64,000 nucleotides of DNA from an uncultured Phycisphaerales bacterium (GTDB lineage Bacteria; Planctomycetota; Phycisphaerae; Tepidisphaerales; Tepidisphaeraceae), in assembly GCA_963755915.1 (NCBI GenBank), contig CAVWLP010000002.1:4064001-4128000 (forward strand). The letters are read 5' to 3'. A program made the translations under genes and the position numbers. Under the pieces are notes generated by a model. It did not search any database. It saw nothing but the letters and a program-made list of their open reading frames with translations, and was not told the origin of the DNA. This document shows, piece after piece, positions 43,759 through 54,549 of the stretch (its first letter is position 1; the number at the start of each line of letters is the position of its first letter).

Positions 43759-45204
43759 TCACCGCGCCCTCAGCGACTCATCGTTCAGCGGGGCAACATA
43801 TCCCTCATCCCCCCCAAGTTTCTTCCAGTCGAGATACACAAGATAAAGCAGCACCATCCCCAGCCCCGAAAACCCCGCCAGCCATGCAAAAATCGCCACG
43901 TTCCCAAAATGATCCGTCGCCAACCCCAATACCGGCGTCAGCAGCATCTGTCCAAAATGAAACACCAGCGCCGATGCCGCGCTGAACTGCGCCAAATGCG
44001 TCACCGGCAGCAATCGCGGCCCCAGCGCCGTCGTCGCCCCCTGGTAAACCGCGATGGCCGCGAAGATCAGCACAATCCAAACTTCAAAGCTCCGCGGACT
44101 ATGGATGAACGCAAACCCGCACACCGCCCCCGCGACCACCAGCAAATAACCCATCAGCCCCGCCCGCAGCGGATGCAACCGGTCCACCAGCGGCCCGAGG
44201 CACAAATAAATCCCCAGTTGCACCCCGCTCTGAATCGCCATGATCCGCCCGTAGCTCCCAAGATCCAGCTTGATCTCTTTCCCGTAAAAAATCAGATACG
44301 TGCTGAACGCCGCGTACCCCACATTGAAGCACAGCAGGCTCAGATAATACTTCCAGTAAAACGCGTGCGAAAAACACTCCCGGAAAAACCGCCTCCCGTA
44401 TTCCACAAACCGCTCAATTCGATCCCCCTCGGCCGCGCGTGGCGGTGGGGGGTATCGCCCTTCCTTCACTTTCACGCACAGCGCCGCGAACGAAACCATG
44501 TAAAGCCCCGCCGCCCCAACACAGATCGCCGCCGGGTGATCCTCGCAATACTTCAGCAGATACTCGTTGAACACCAGCACCCCCAGCGTCGAAAACACCC
44601 GAAAAAGACACGTAAACGTGCCCATCACTTCCGCCGGAATAACATCCGCCCACATCGGGTAGTAAACCGATTGCGGAAAAATATCGCAGAATTTGTACCC
44701 CGCATAAGTCACCGTCAGCAGCGCAATCGTAAGCCCCGCCACTGAAATTCCCCCCAAAAGATGCGGTGAAATCGCCTTCAGCCGCAGCGCCATCGACGGC
44801 GAAAGCCCCACCAGCATCAGAAAACCCGCCAGCACCGGCGTCGCGTACAGCATGAACGGAATTCGCCGCCCCAGCCGCGACCGGTGCCGGTCCGACCACG
44901 TTGAAACGATCGGACACAGAACCACGATCAGCAATTCCACCAGGCTTACGTTGAGCACCCCAATCAACGCATTCGACGCCCCGAATTTTTTCAGTTGCAG
45001 CAGGATCAGGCTCTTCCCCACCCCCGCATCCATGAGGTAAAGACAAAAATCCCCCCAGAGCATCCACGTAAAAACATTGATCAGCCCCCGCCGGTCATAA
45101 ACCAGCGTCCCCACCCGCCACACCCGCCACACCCGCCACACCCGCGCGCCTCCCGCATCGACGCTCAAATCGTTGGATGGCGGCAACCCACTGCTCAACG
45201 GCAA
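43759..45204 (-). CDS. MFS transporter
   Basis: About 12 hydrophobic segments; motif A-like 'WSDRHRSRLGRRIPF' and 'GPLVDRLHPLR'. Confidence 0.85.
   Translation of the reverse strand: MPLSSGLPPSNDLSVDAGGARVWRVWRVWRVGTLVYDRRGLINVFTWMLWGDFCLYLMDAGVGKSLILLQLKKFGASNALIGVLNVSLVELLIVVLCPIVSTWSDRHRSRLGRRIPFMLYATPVLAGFLMLVGLSPSMALRLKAISPHLLGGISVAGLTIALLTVTYAGYKFCDIFPQSVYYPMWADVIPAEVMGTFTCLFRVFSTLGVLVFNEYLLKYCEDHPAAICVGAAGLYMVSFAALCVKVKEGRYPPPPRAAEGDRIERFVEYGRRFFRECFSHAFYWKYYLSLLCFNVGYAAFSTYLIFYGKEIKLDLGSYGRIMAIQSGVQLGIYLCLGPLVDRLHPLRAGLMGYLLVVAGAVCGFAFIHSPRSFEVWIVLIFAAIAVYQGATTALGPRLLPVTHLAQFSAASALVFHFGQMLLTPVLGLATDHFGNVAIFAWLAGFSGLGMVLLYLVYLDWKKLGGDEGYVAPLNDESLRAR
45112..45145. repeat. 9-bp tandem repeat (cacccgcca x ~3.8) in the MFS N-terminus
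   Basis: Encodes RVWRVWRVWRV. Confidence 0.8.
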
Positions 45205-45336
45205 TTCCTCGTCATCGCTCAGAATCTTCCGCGTTTGCCACGCATCTCCACCATGTTTTCACGAAAACTCGCGAAGTTTTGATAATGAGCTTGCGCGCCC
45301 CGAAATGCAAGAAATCCACCGAGAATCGCAATTCCC

Positions 45337-45372
45337 GTAGAAGCGGCGTCCCCGCCGCTTGAGAATTCGCAA
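45337..45372. repeat. GTAG-hairpin REP-like element, second family, copy 1
   Basis: GTAG-aagcggcg-tccc-cgccgctt-gagaattcgcaa; matches 48010..48045. Confidence 0.8.
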
Positions 45373-45422
45373 ACACCCCGGACAGACCCTCTCTGTCCCT
45401 TTAAATTCCCCCACAACCTCAA

Positions 45423-47967
45423 TCATCTCTGCCAAAGAATCTGCGACGCTTCAATCGGAACCGAAACACCACCAAATTGTGGCACAATCCGCGGCGTGTA
45501 ATCATTCAGCGCTCGATTCGACGCCACCTTCCCCCCATAAACATAGCTGTTCACATTCCCCGCCAGCGGCCGAACCCGCGTCATCTCCTGCCGAACATCC
45601 GCCCCCCCATTCACACCGTTAGCATATATTTCAACCCGCACGGCATTGCCGTCCAATCCACCAAGATAAACCTCCGCCTCAAATGCATAACTTTCGCTGT
45701 TGCTGACGACCTTCACTTCCCCAAACCGCAATGTCCCCCATTTCTCGCGAATCAATCGCTGCCAATCCGCAATCAATTTTCCCTTGGCCCCTTTCTCTCC
45801 CGCCCGAGCGCGAAACGCCGTCGCCCCCGGAAGATAATGTTGCAGCGTATATTCCCGCACCGCCCGATTCGCCGAGAATTGCGGCGTCAGCCGTGCCATG
45901 CTCTCTCGAATTTTCCCAACCCACGCAACCGGAATTCCATTCGCATCGCGCTCATAAAATTGCGGCACCACCTGCCGCTCCAGCAAATCGTAAATCGCCC
46001 CCGCTTCAGCCGCATCCCACCAAGGATCATCTCCATGCTCCTGCCCATCCCCCAGCGCCCACCCAACTTCCGGCGAATACGCCTCCACCCACCATCCATC
46101 CAGTTCCGACAAATTCAGCCCGCCATTGACGAGCACTTTCATCCCGCTCGTCCCACTCGCTTCCCAGGGCCGCCTCGGCGTATTGATCCAAACATCCACC
46201 CCCTGCACCAAATGCTCCGCAAGCTGCATGTCATAGTCGCTCAGGAAAACCACGTGCGGCTGCACTTCCGCCCGGCGCAAACTGAACCCATTCCCAAACC
46301 ATCGCCTGGCCCCCTCCATCGCTCGGATGCGCCTTGCCCGCAACCACAAGCTGCACCGGCCGCTGCGAATTCGACACCAGCCGAAACAGCCGATCGACAT
46401 CGTGCAGCAAAAGCATCGGGCGTTTATACGCCGCGAATCGCCGCGCAAACCCCAGCGTCAGCGCATCGGGATTAAACACGTGTTTCGCACGCTCGATCGC
46501 CTCCGCCGAAGCCCCCGAAACCGCCAAATCGCGCGGCAACCGCTGCCGAACGTACTCCACCAACCCCCGCCGCGCCGCAACGCGCATTTTCCAAAGTTCA
46601 CCATTGGGAATCCGTTGAATCGCCTGCGTCAAGCTTTCTGTCTCCGCCGTCCACCGATCCTTGCCCGCCGCCTTCGTCCAAAGATCATCCGCCTCCGCCG
46701 AATCCCAGGTCGGCGTATGCACGCCATTCGTCACATGCCGAACCGGCACCTCATCCACCGGCCACCGCGGAAACAGCGTCGCAAAAATCCGCCGGCTGAC
46801 CTCCCCATGCAGCCGGCTCACCCCATTCACCGCTCCGCTCCCCCGCAGCGCCAAGTACGCCATATTGAAATATTCCGAAGAATCATTCGGATTTGCCCGC
46901 CCCAATGCCAGCAGCTCATTCAACGAAATGTGCAGCCTCTCCTTCGCATACCACCCAAGATACTTCTCGATGAGCCCTGGACTGAACCGATCGAATCCCG
47001 CCGCCACCGGCGTGTGCGTCGTAAACAAATTCCCCGCCCGCGTCACCGCCAGCGCCACATCGAACGGCTGCCCCGTCTCTTCCATAAAATTTCGCGCCCG
47101 CTCCAGCACCGCGAACGCCGCATGACCCTCATTGAGATGGCAAACCTCCGGCTGAATCCCCAGCGCCCGAAGCAGCCGCCACCCCCCAATCCCCAGCACC
47201 AGTTCCTGATTGATCCGCAATTCCGAGTCGCCGCCATACAGCTCATTGGTAATCCCACGATAAATCGGAAAATTCGCCGCGTCGTTCGAATCCAACAGGT
47301 AAAGGTTCACCCGTCCCACCCTAACCTGCCACACGCGCAGCCAGAGCGAATACCCCGGCAACTTCACTTCCAGTCGCAGCCACTCTCCATTCGGCTGCCG
47401 CAGCGGCGTAATCGGCAATTGACCCGGATCGTTGTACGGCAAAAGCGTCTGCTGCGATCCACCGGCATCGATCGCCTGCCGAAAATATCCCTGCTGATAC
47501 AGCAGCCCAACGCCCACAACCGGCACCCCCAGATCGCCCGCCGCCTTGAGCTGATCCCCCGCCACATTCCCCAGCCCACCCGAATAAATCGGCAGCGCTT
47601 CGCTCAGCATGAATTCCATGCTGAAATACGCCACGCAGCTTAACGCTCCCTTTGCATTCTGCTTCCCGAACCAGCTCGGCGCCTCCGCCGCCACCCGCCT
47701 GGCTTTCCGTATCTCTTCCACCCGAGCCCGGTAAGCCGGATCCTTCAGCGCCCCCTCCAGGCGATCTCGCGCAACGGTTTGCAGCACCACGCAGGGATTA
47801 CGCGTCAAATCCCAAAGCACCGGATCAAGCTGACTCCACAAGGTGTCCGAAGCATGATTCCACGAAGAACGCATATCCAGCGCCAGCTCCGCAAGTAAGT
47901 CGAATCCCTCCACTCCCGCGGCCTGAGACGTATAGATGGAACTTGCGATAGGATTTTGACTATTCAT
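45423..47967 (-). CDS. glgP: Alpha-glucan (glycogen) phosphorylase (frameshift ~46270)
   Basis: 'AYFSMEF...LPIYSGGLG.VAGD', 'HLNEGHA', 'FTTHTPV', 'GFARRFAAYKR', 'AGKAHP', PLP-Lys motif 'EASGTSGMK'. Confidence 0.93.
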
Positions 47968-48009
47968 CTTAGATTGATGAGCGTTGACCACGGACAACAA
48001 TCAGCCCGA

Positions 48010-48045
48010 GTAGAAGCGGCGTCCCCGCCGCTTCAGTATTCGCAA
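48010..48045. repeat. GTAG-hairpin REP-like element, second family, copy 2
   Basis: GTAG-aagcggcg-tccc-cgccgctt-cagtattcgcaa; the first 24 bp are identical to 45337..45360. Confidence 0.8.
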
Positions 48046-48077
48046 GCCCCGAGAACACCGCCTCCACACCAGAACGA

Positions 48078-49169
48078 TTATCTCACCAGCGTCAGCACCC
48101 CCGGCAGCCACGGAAGTTGGTTGTAGGTAAGCCCCGCCGCATGCGGCCCCAGACCCTGGTAGAGAAACTGCAAATTAGACAGGTCGACGGTCTGCGTTTC
48201 ATCAGGATTGGTCCGAACCAGATCGCCACTGCTGATGTCGCTAGTCCACGCGTTGCCGTCGCCGAAGCTCACATTCGCCTTGCCCGCGAACGGATTGCTC
48301 TCGCTCGCCGCCAGCGGCCTCCACGATCCCGCCAGATCCGTCGCAGTAAACGATCGAAAATACCTCCCCGCGCGCCCCATCGCCTCAACCAGCATGAGGT
48401 ACTGATTCACCCCCTTCACCTTATACACCTGCACCGCCTCAAGCAGCTTCGCCCTGTCGTCGGTCATGATCGTCTTCGGGTTGGTAAATGTCCCCGGGAA
48501 ATCGCCGATCGGCATCGACGCCCGGTAAATATTTCCATTGTCGTTCGCGAAAAAGAGAAAGGCCGTCGTGCCGTTGCAGATGACCGTTTCGTCGATTGAG
48601 CTTCCCCCGTAAAGCTCGTGCGGCCCCGACCACCCCAACGGGTTGGTCGGGTCCGTCGAAGTCATGTAACAGAAAGGCCACGGACCCCACTCGTACATAA
48701 GAACCCAGATCTTCTTCGGGGTGAAATAGATCAACGTCGGTGCAACGCCGCCTGTAGGGATCGAATACTGTTTGGCTGTCGCCATCTCAGACCAATTCGC
48801 GAAGGTCATCATCGCCCCGCCATAGCTCGTCCCAGCATTATTGACCCTCGACATGTAGACAATGTACCGATTGTTATAGAACACGCAGCTAAAGTCCTTG
48901 AGCGAGACCCACCCGGAGGCCGGCTGAGCGAGCGGGCCCGTCGAAGTCCATTTGAAGTTCCTGGGCAGCACCGACCCCGACGAATTCAACGTCGCGTCCG
49001 CCCCGACACTGGGCTGAGTGCCCGCGGCAACGGCATCCCCCGCGAAACAACCGGACAATGTCCAGTAAATTGCCGAAAAACAAACAACCGAAGCAGTCGC
49101 AAAAACGCCTCTCTCCCACAATTTTGCAACAGAATTCTGTCGATCTGATTTAAGGGCCATCCATTTCAT
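48078..49169 (-). CDS. GH62 alpha-L-arabinofuranosidase, secreted
   Basis: '[20 protein letters not shown]', '[11 protein letters not shown]', 'FFANDNG.IYR', '[10 protein letters not shown]', '[10 protein letters not shown]', '[16 protein letters not shown]', 'FLYQG'. Confidence 0.9.
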   Translation of the reverse strand: MKWMALKSDRQNSVAKLWERGVFATASVVCFSAIYWTLSGCFAGDAVAAGTQPSVGADATLNSSGSVLPRNFKWTSTGPLAQPASGWVSLKDFSCVFYNNRYIVYMSRVNNAGTSYGGAMMTFANWSEMATAKQYSIPTGGVAPTLIYFTPKKIWVLMYEWGPWPFCYMTSTDPTNPLGWSGPHELYGGSSIDETVICNGTTAFLFFANDNGNIYRASMPIGDFPGTFTNPKTIMTDDRAKLLEAVQVYKVKGVNQYLMLVEAMGRAGRYFRSFTATDLAGSWRPLAASESNPFAGKANVSFGDGNAWTSDISSGDLVRTNPDETQTVDLSNLQFLYQGLGPHAAGLTYNQLPWLPGVLTLVR

Positions 49170-49217
49170 TTGACATTTCCCATCGGTTTCGCGCCACGAT
49201 CCGCGTGAGCATTGTTC

Positions 49218-49835
49218 TCAATTGCCAACCTCACTGTCCCGGCGGAGGGGGAGGCTGCGGGCGCCCGCATCGTAGGCACTGCTCATGTCCTCGAGCGAAG
49301 CATATTTCCCGTCCGCAATATCTTTCGCGAATTTCTCATCGTATTCACCCACCTGCTTTTCATACCCGATCGTTTTGTCGATCGGATCGTGGGCATGAAG
49401 CCGGATCAGGTCGTACCGCCATTGACCGTCAATCCGCCGGCAGGGGAAGTTCCCGTCGTCGCCGATGTCCGCGCTGTCGCCGTGAATCATGACCTTCCCT
49501 TGGCGGGCCATCTGGACAAGAAACGCATTGGCATCAGCGTCAAGCTTTGCCTTCGCGGGCGCGCCAAAACGGGCGATGGCCGCGTTGACGAAATCCTTGT
49601 GGACGCGATCGGCCGAAAAGCAGGCGTCCAGCAGCCGCCCCGTGGCATCGTCCACCACCGCCGCCGCGCGGGCCGTCTGCTCGTCGTTCGCGCTGGACGC
49701 TTGCAGAAACGCAACCACCGCCGAAACCGGCGTCGAAAGATCAGGCTGCGTCGACGCACCCGCCGGCGCGTCGGAAGCCACCGACAATTGCGGCAAGACA
49801 AGCCATGTGAGAAGCAGGGGGATTGTCAGCCGCAA
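49218..49835 (-). CDS. Secreted hypothetical protein
   Basis: Signal peptide then 'ASTQPDLSTP..A...F'; 'V.IHGDSA...CRRIDGQW' suggests an NTF2-like/DUF4878-like fold. Confidence 0.6.
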   Translation of the reverse strand: MRLTIPLLLTWLVLPQLSVASDAPAGASTQPDLSTPVSAVVAFLQASSANDEQTARAAAVVDDATGRLLDACFSADRVHKDFVNAAIARFGAPAKAKLDADANAFLVQMARQGKVMIHGDSADIGDDGNFPCRRIDGQWRYDLIRLHAHDPIDKTIGYEKQVGEYDEKFAKDIADGKYASLEDMSSAYDAGARSLPLRRDSEVGN

Positions 49836-50252
49836 AGTCAGAGCCTCCTCGCCTACGTCCTTCGAGTTTATCCCAGCCTTAAACGACGGCGGGATTGAAT
49901 TATTTCGCGAGCGAAAAGCTTACTCTGAATGCGCGGTGAAAGCGTGGGGCGTGTGGAGGAATTGAAATCCAGGCTCAGCGCCTCCGCGCGAAAATCTCTG
50001 GGTATTCATAGTTCTTCAATCGAAGTCACATACTGTCAAATTAGACGACGGACAATACCCCCAAATTACCCATCTTGCCCAGCTTGTTGCGGACTGTTAC
50101 CTTTTGTACCGTGAGTGCCGAAAACCAAAACGCAATGTGGATCAGCATACACAATTTCCACCTTGGCCAATTCTCACCGGCAGGTTCCAATTGCCAGATC
50201 AGAATGGCGCTCGAGAGTGATTTGAGATATTCACATCAGGAATTGGGCTGAC

Positions 50253-52145
50253 GTGCCCGACCCCTCCCCCCGCACATCGATTGTAAATCTCCTCCTCGGC
50301 CGCCCCCTCGCTTCCGACGAAAAAGAGCGCGTAAAAATCGGCGTCTGGGCCGCCATTCCCGCCATGGGCCTCGACGGCCTCTCCTCTTCCGCCTACGGCC
50401 CCGAAGCCGCCCTCGCCATTCTCCTCCCCGCTGGCGCCGCCGGGCTCAATCTAATCGGCCCCATCACCCTCGTCATCCTCGCCCTCCTGACGATACTCTA
50501 CTTCAGCTATCGTCAGACCATCGCCGCCTATCCCGTCAACGGCGGCTCCTACACCGTCGCCAAAGAAAACCTCGGCGCGTGGCCCGGCCTCCTCGCCGCT
50601 TCGGCTCTCATGATCGATTACATCCTCACCGTCGCCGTCGGAATCTCCGCCGGCGTCGGCGCCCTCGTCTCAGCCGCCCCCAGTCTCGAACGCTTTACCG
50701 TCCCCCTCTGCCTGGGAATTCTCGCCGCAATCACCCTCCTCAACCTGCGCGGAACCGGCGAGGCCGGTTTGGTGTTTGCCCTCCCCACTTACACCTTCAT
50801 CCTCACCATGGCCATCGTCCTGGTGCTGGGCGTCGCCCGCGCGATCACCACCGGCGGTCATCCGCACCCACTGATCACCCCGCCCCCAATCGCCCCCGCC
50901 ACCGCCGGCATCGGCTTGTGGCTCATCCTGCGCACCTTCGCCAGCGGCTGCACCGCAATGACCGGCGTCGAAGCCGTAAGCAACGGCGTAAGCGCCTTCC
51001 GCGATCCCACCGTCAAGAACGCTCACCGAACCCTCACCGCCATCGTCGGAACCCTCGCCCTCCTCCTCGCCGCCATCGCCTACCTCGTGAAGGCCTACCA
51101 CATCGACGCCATGGACCAGACCACCCCCGGATATCAGAGCGTCCTGTCGCAACTTACCTGCGCAATCGTCGGCCGCGGATGGTTCTACTACCTCACCATC
51201 GGCAGCGTCCTGGCAATCCTCTGCCTCTCCGCCAACACCAGCTTCGTCGATTTCCCGCGCCTCAGCCGCCTCATCGCCGACGATGATTTCCTCCCCGCGC
51301 CTTCGCGATGGAGGGCCGCCGGCTCGTCTATTCCGTCGGAATTCTATTCCTCGCCGCAGCTGCGGGTGTCTTGCTCGTCGCCTTCAAAGGGATCACCGAC
51401 AAACTGATCCCTCTCTATGCCGTCGGGGCATTCCTCGCCTTCACGCTTTCCCAGGCGGGGATGGTCATGCACTGGCATAAAAAAGGTGGCGGAGGGCGCA
51501 TCTGGGTGAATGGCCTCGGCGCCATCGCCACCGGTGCCGCGCTGGCGATCATCTTAACCGCCAAGTTTATCGAAGGCGCATGGATCACCGTGCTGGCAAT
51601 TCCCACCATGCTCTTTGTGTTTTACCGCATCCATCGCCACTACCGAAAAATCGATGCCGACACCCGAAAAAGGCAGCCGATGCACATCGACGACAATCCA
51701 CGCCCCGTCGTCCTCGTCCCGATGCGCAGGTGGGACCGGCTCGCGGAAAAAGCCCTGCGATTCTCCATGTGGCTCTCAAGCGACGTCATTGCCGTTCACC
51801 TCAGCAATCTCAGCGGCGACGAAGCGAAAGAGGAAGACCAGCTTGTCAGGGCCGAGTGGGCAAAGGATGTGGAAGCCCCCGCAAAAGCGCACGGCGTAAA
51901 GCCGCCAGAGCTTCTAGTGCTCCAGGCGCCCTACCGCAGCTTTCTCGATCCGCTTCTGAAGGAGATCGATACTTTCAAAGCCAAATATCCCGATCGGTAC
52001 GTGGCCGTGGTTGTCCCGGAGGTGATGGAGACGCAATGGTGGGAGCTGCTTCTGCATGGTCACAAGGCGACCCATCTGCGCCGCTCTGGCGACGCGCTCC
52101 GACAAACGGGTGCTCGTGGTCACGGTACCGTGGTATGTGGAATGA
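50253..52145 (+). CDS. APC-superfamily transporter, KimA/YdaO-like (frameshifts ~51300, ~52090)
   Basis: 'LLLGRPL', 'DGLSSSAYGPE', 'SYRQTIAAYP.NGGSY.VAKENLG', 'DYILTVAV', 'GCTAMTGVEAVSNG', 'LIPLYAVG.F.AFTLSQAGM'. The C-terminus 'VVTVPWYVE*' ends at 52145. Confidence 0.85.
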
Positions 52146-52401
52146 CGAACATTTCGGCACAAGTCGATGGCTGGGCTCGCTCGCTGCCAAACATGGCCGC
52201 TGGCAACAATTTGCCCCCAAATTTCGCCGCAAATCTGCGCAAGGGCAAATAATCACCGCGATCCCCGCAAACGCCCGCTCTCTTTGCAGGCACGCGAAAC
52301 ATGAACAGATGCAATCCCATTCACTTGAAACTTTGGTCATAAAGTGCGCCCGAGGCAAACCGAAACGCCGAGCAGGATTCGCCGTTATCAACGCCTGGAA
52401 C

Positions 52402-54534
52402 ATGGGATTACCCTCCGACACATCCGCGGAAATTTCCTGCGACGCCCGCAGCGCCGAAGCGATGTATCGCGGCATGTTCGAAAACGCTACCGTGGGGATC
52501 TTTCAAACCACCGCCTCCGGCCACTACCTCAACTGCAACGCCGCCCTCGCCCTCATTTACGGATATGCCTCGGCCCAGGAACTGAAAGAAAGCGTGCGCG
52601 ACATCAAGCGGCAGCTTTACGTCGAAGACGAAACCCGTCCAAGATTCATCCGCCTGATGAGCGAAAATGATTTCGTGCGCGAATTCGAAGCGCGAATCTA
52701 CCGCAAGGATGGAAGCATCATCTGGATCACCGAAACCGCCCGGGCCGTTCGCGACGCCCAGGGCCGTTTTCTCTATTACGAGGGGTTCGTCGCCGACATC
52801 ACCGCCCGCAAGCAGACCGAGGAGGCCCTCCGCGATAGCGAAGAGCGCTATGCCCTGGCCATGCGCGGTGCCAGCGACGGAATCTGGGATTGGAATCTTC
52901 GCACCGGACAGATTTATTTTTCCGCACGATGGAAGGAAATGCTCGGCGCCCGCGATCCAGAAATCGGCTCGCTCCCGCAGGAATGGTTCCAGCGCGTCCA
53001 CCCGGACGATCTCGAGAGCGTGCAGGCCGCGATTTCATCTCACCGCGAGGGAATTACGCCGCACTTCCAGATCGAACATCGCATGTGCCACGCCGATGGC
53101 AGATACCTCTGGATGCTCACCCGCGGCGCCGTCACTCGTGACTCCGCCGGCAAGGCAACCCGAATGGCCGGCTCGCAGTCGGACATCACCACCCGCAAGC
53201 AGGCCGAAGAGCAGCTTCTTCGCGACGCCCTTCACGATGGGCTGACTGGATTGCCGAATCGGGTTCTCTTCGCCGACCGCCTGGAGCGCTCGATCGCCCG
53301 AACCGCCCGCGATCAGAGCCACCATTATGCCGTCCTCTTTCTCGACATCGACCGCTTCAAGATCATCAACGACAGCCTCGGTCACGTGGCCGGAGATACG
53401 CTGCTCGTGGAATTCGCCAAGCGGCTCTCTAATTGTCTTCGCCCCAGCGACACCGTTGCCCGCCTCGGGGGCGACGAGTTCACGATTTTGCTCGACGATC
53501 CGAAGGAGCCGGATGACGCCGTCTCCGTCGCCGATCGAATTCTCGAAGGCGTTCGTAAACCGTTCGTCCTGGGCAATCAGGAAGTTTACGTCACCACCAG
53601 CATCGGCATCGCCACCAGCGGCACCGGATACTCGCGCCCGCAGGACGTCCTGCGCGACGCCGACACCGCCATGTATCGCGCCAAGGCCCTGGGCAAATCA
53701 CGCTACCAGATTTTCGACACCGCCATGCACGCCCGGGCCATGAAGGTCTTGCAGATCGAGAACGATCTCCGCCGCGCCATCGACCGCGCGGAATTCGAGC
53801 TCCACTACCAGCCGATCCTCAATGTCGGCACCCGGCGAATCAAGGGCTTCGAGGCTCTCGTTCGCTGGAATCATCCCCATCGCGGACTGATCCCCCCGGC
53901 AGATTTCATTCCCATCGCCGAGGAAACCGGCCTGATTATCCCCATCGGCCGATGGGTCCTCAACCAAGCCTGCACCCAGGCCGCCGCCTGGCAAGCCATG
54001 TTTCCCGCATCGCCCCTCGATATCAGCGTCAATCTCTCCGGCCGCCAATTCTCGCAGGCCGATCTCGTCGAACAGGTCATCGCCGTTCTTCGCCAGACTA
54101 AATTGCCCGCCCACAACCTGATCCTCGAGATCACCGAAAGCGTCGTGATGGAAAATCCCGAATCCACAATCCTGATGCTCGAGCGCCTCAAGGCCCTTGG
54201 CGTCCAGCTCAACATAGACGATTTCGGCACCGGCTACTCCTCCCTCGCCTACCTCCAGCGCTTTCCCGTCGACACCATGAAAATCGACCGCTCATTCATT
54301 TCCAAAATGGGACACAACTCCGAAAACGCCGAAATCGTCAAGACCATCGTAGAACTGGCCCACAACCTCAACATGAAGGTAACCGCCGAGGGAATCGAGA
54401 CCGCCGAGCAGTTCTCCCAATTGGCCGGCCTCCAGTGCGAAAGCGCACAGGGATATTTCCTCTTCCGCCCCCTCGATCAAACCGAGGCGACAAATATTCT
54501 CCGCCAATCGAGCGCCGGCGAAAAGGCCGCCTGA
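52402..54534 (+). CDS. PAS-PAS-GGDEF-EAL c-di-GMP cyclase/phosphodiesterase
   Basis: Two PAS/PAC domains, 'HDGLTGLPNR', 'ARLGGDEF', 'FEALVRW', 'EITES', 'IDDFGTGYSSL', 'AEGIE'. Confidence 0.92.
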   Translation: MGLPSDTSAEISCDARSAEAMYRGMFENATVGIFQTTASGHYLNCNAALALIYGYASAQELKESVRDIKRQLYVEDETRPRFIRLMSENDFVREFEARIYRKDGSIIWITETARAVRDAQGRFLYYEGFVADITARKQTEEALRDSEERYALAMRGASDGIWDWNLRTGQIYFSARWKEMLGARDPEIGSLPQEWFQRVHPDDLESVQAAISSHREGITPHFQIEHRMCHADGRYLWMLTRGAVTRDSAGKATRMAGSQSDITTRKQAEEQLLRDALHDGLTGLPNRVLFADRLERSIARTARDQSHHYAVLFLDIDRFKIINDSLGHVAGDTLLVEFAKRLSNCLRPSDTVARLGGDEFTILLDDPKEPDDAVSVADRILEGVRKPFVLGNQEVYVTTSIGIATSGTGYSRPQDVLRDADTAMYRAKALGKSRYQIFDTAMHARAMKVLQIENDLRRAIDRAEFELHYQPILNVGTRRIKGFEALVRWNHPHRGLIPPADFIPIAEETGLIIPIGRWVLNQACTQAAAWQAMFPASPLDISVNLSGRQFSQADLVEQVIAVLRQTKLPAHNLILEITESVVMENPESTILMLERLKALGVQLNIDDFGTGYSSLAYLQRFPVDTMKIDRSFISKMGHNSENAEIVKTIVELAHNLNMKVTAEGIETAEQFSQLAGLQCESAQGYFLFRPLDQTEATNILRQSSAGEKAA

Positions 54535-54549
54535 CTCGGCTGATACGCA

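Noticed and set aside
37276-48045. CRISPR array, integron attC sites or IS ends
   Set aside because: The repeats occur only as pairs kilobases apart, with no spacers and no cas, integrase or transposase gene.
49900-50252. c-di-AMP (ydaO) riboswitch upstream of the KimA-like transporter
   Set aside because: I could not find the conserved core by eye. An Infernal RF00379 search would be decisive.
52330-52400. c-di-GMP-I riboswitch (GGCAAACC) upstream of GGDEF-EAL
   Set aside because: The downstream GACGCAAA-type motif and paired stems are absent.
51580-52401. N-terminal extension of the GGDEF-EAL ORF
   Set aside because: It overlaps the APC transporter in another frame and has non-protein-like composition; the likely start is ATG 52402.
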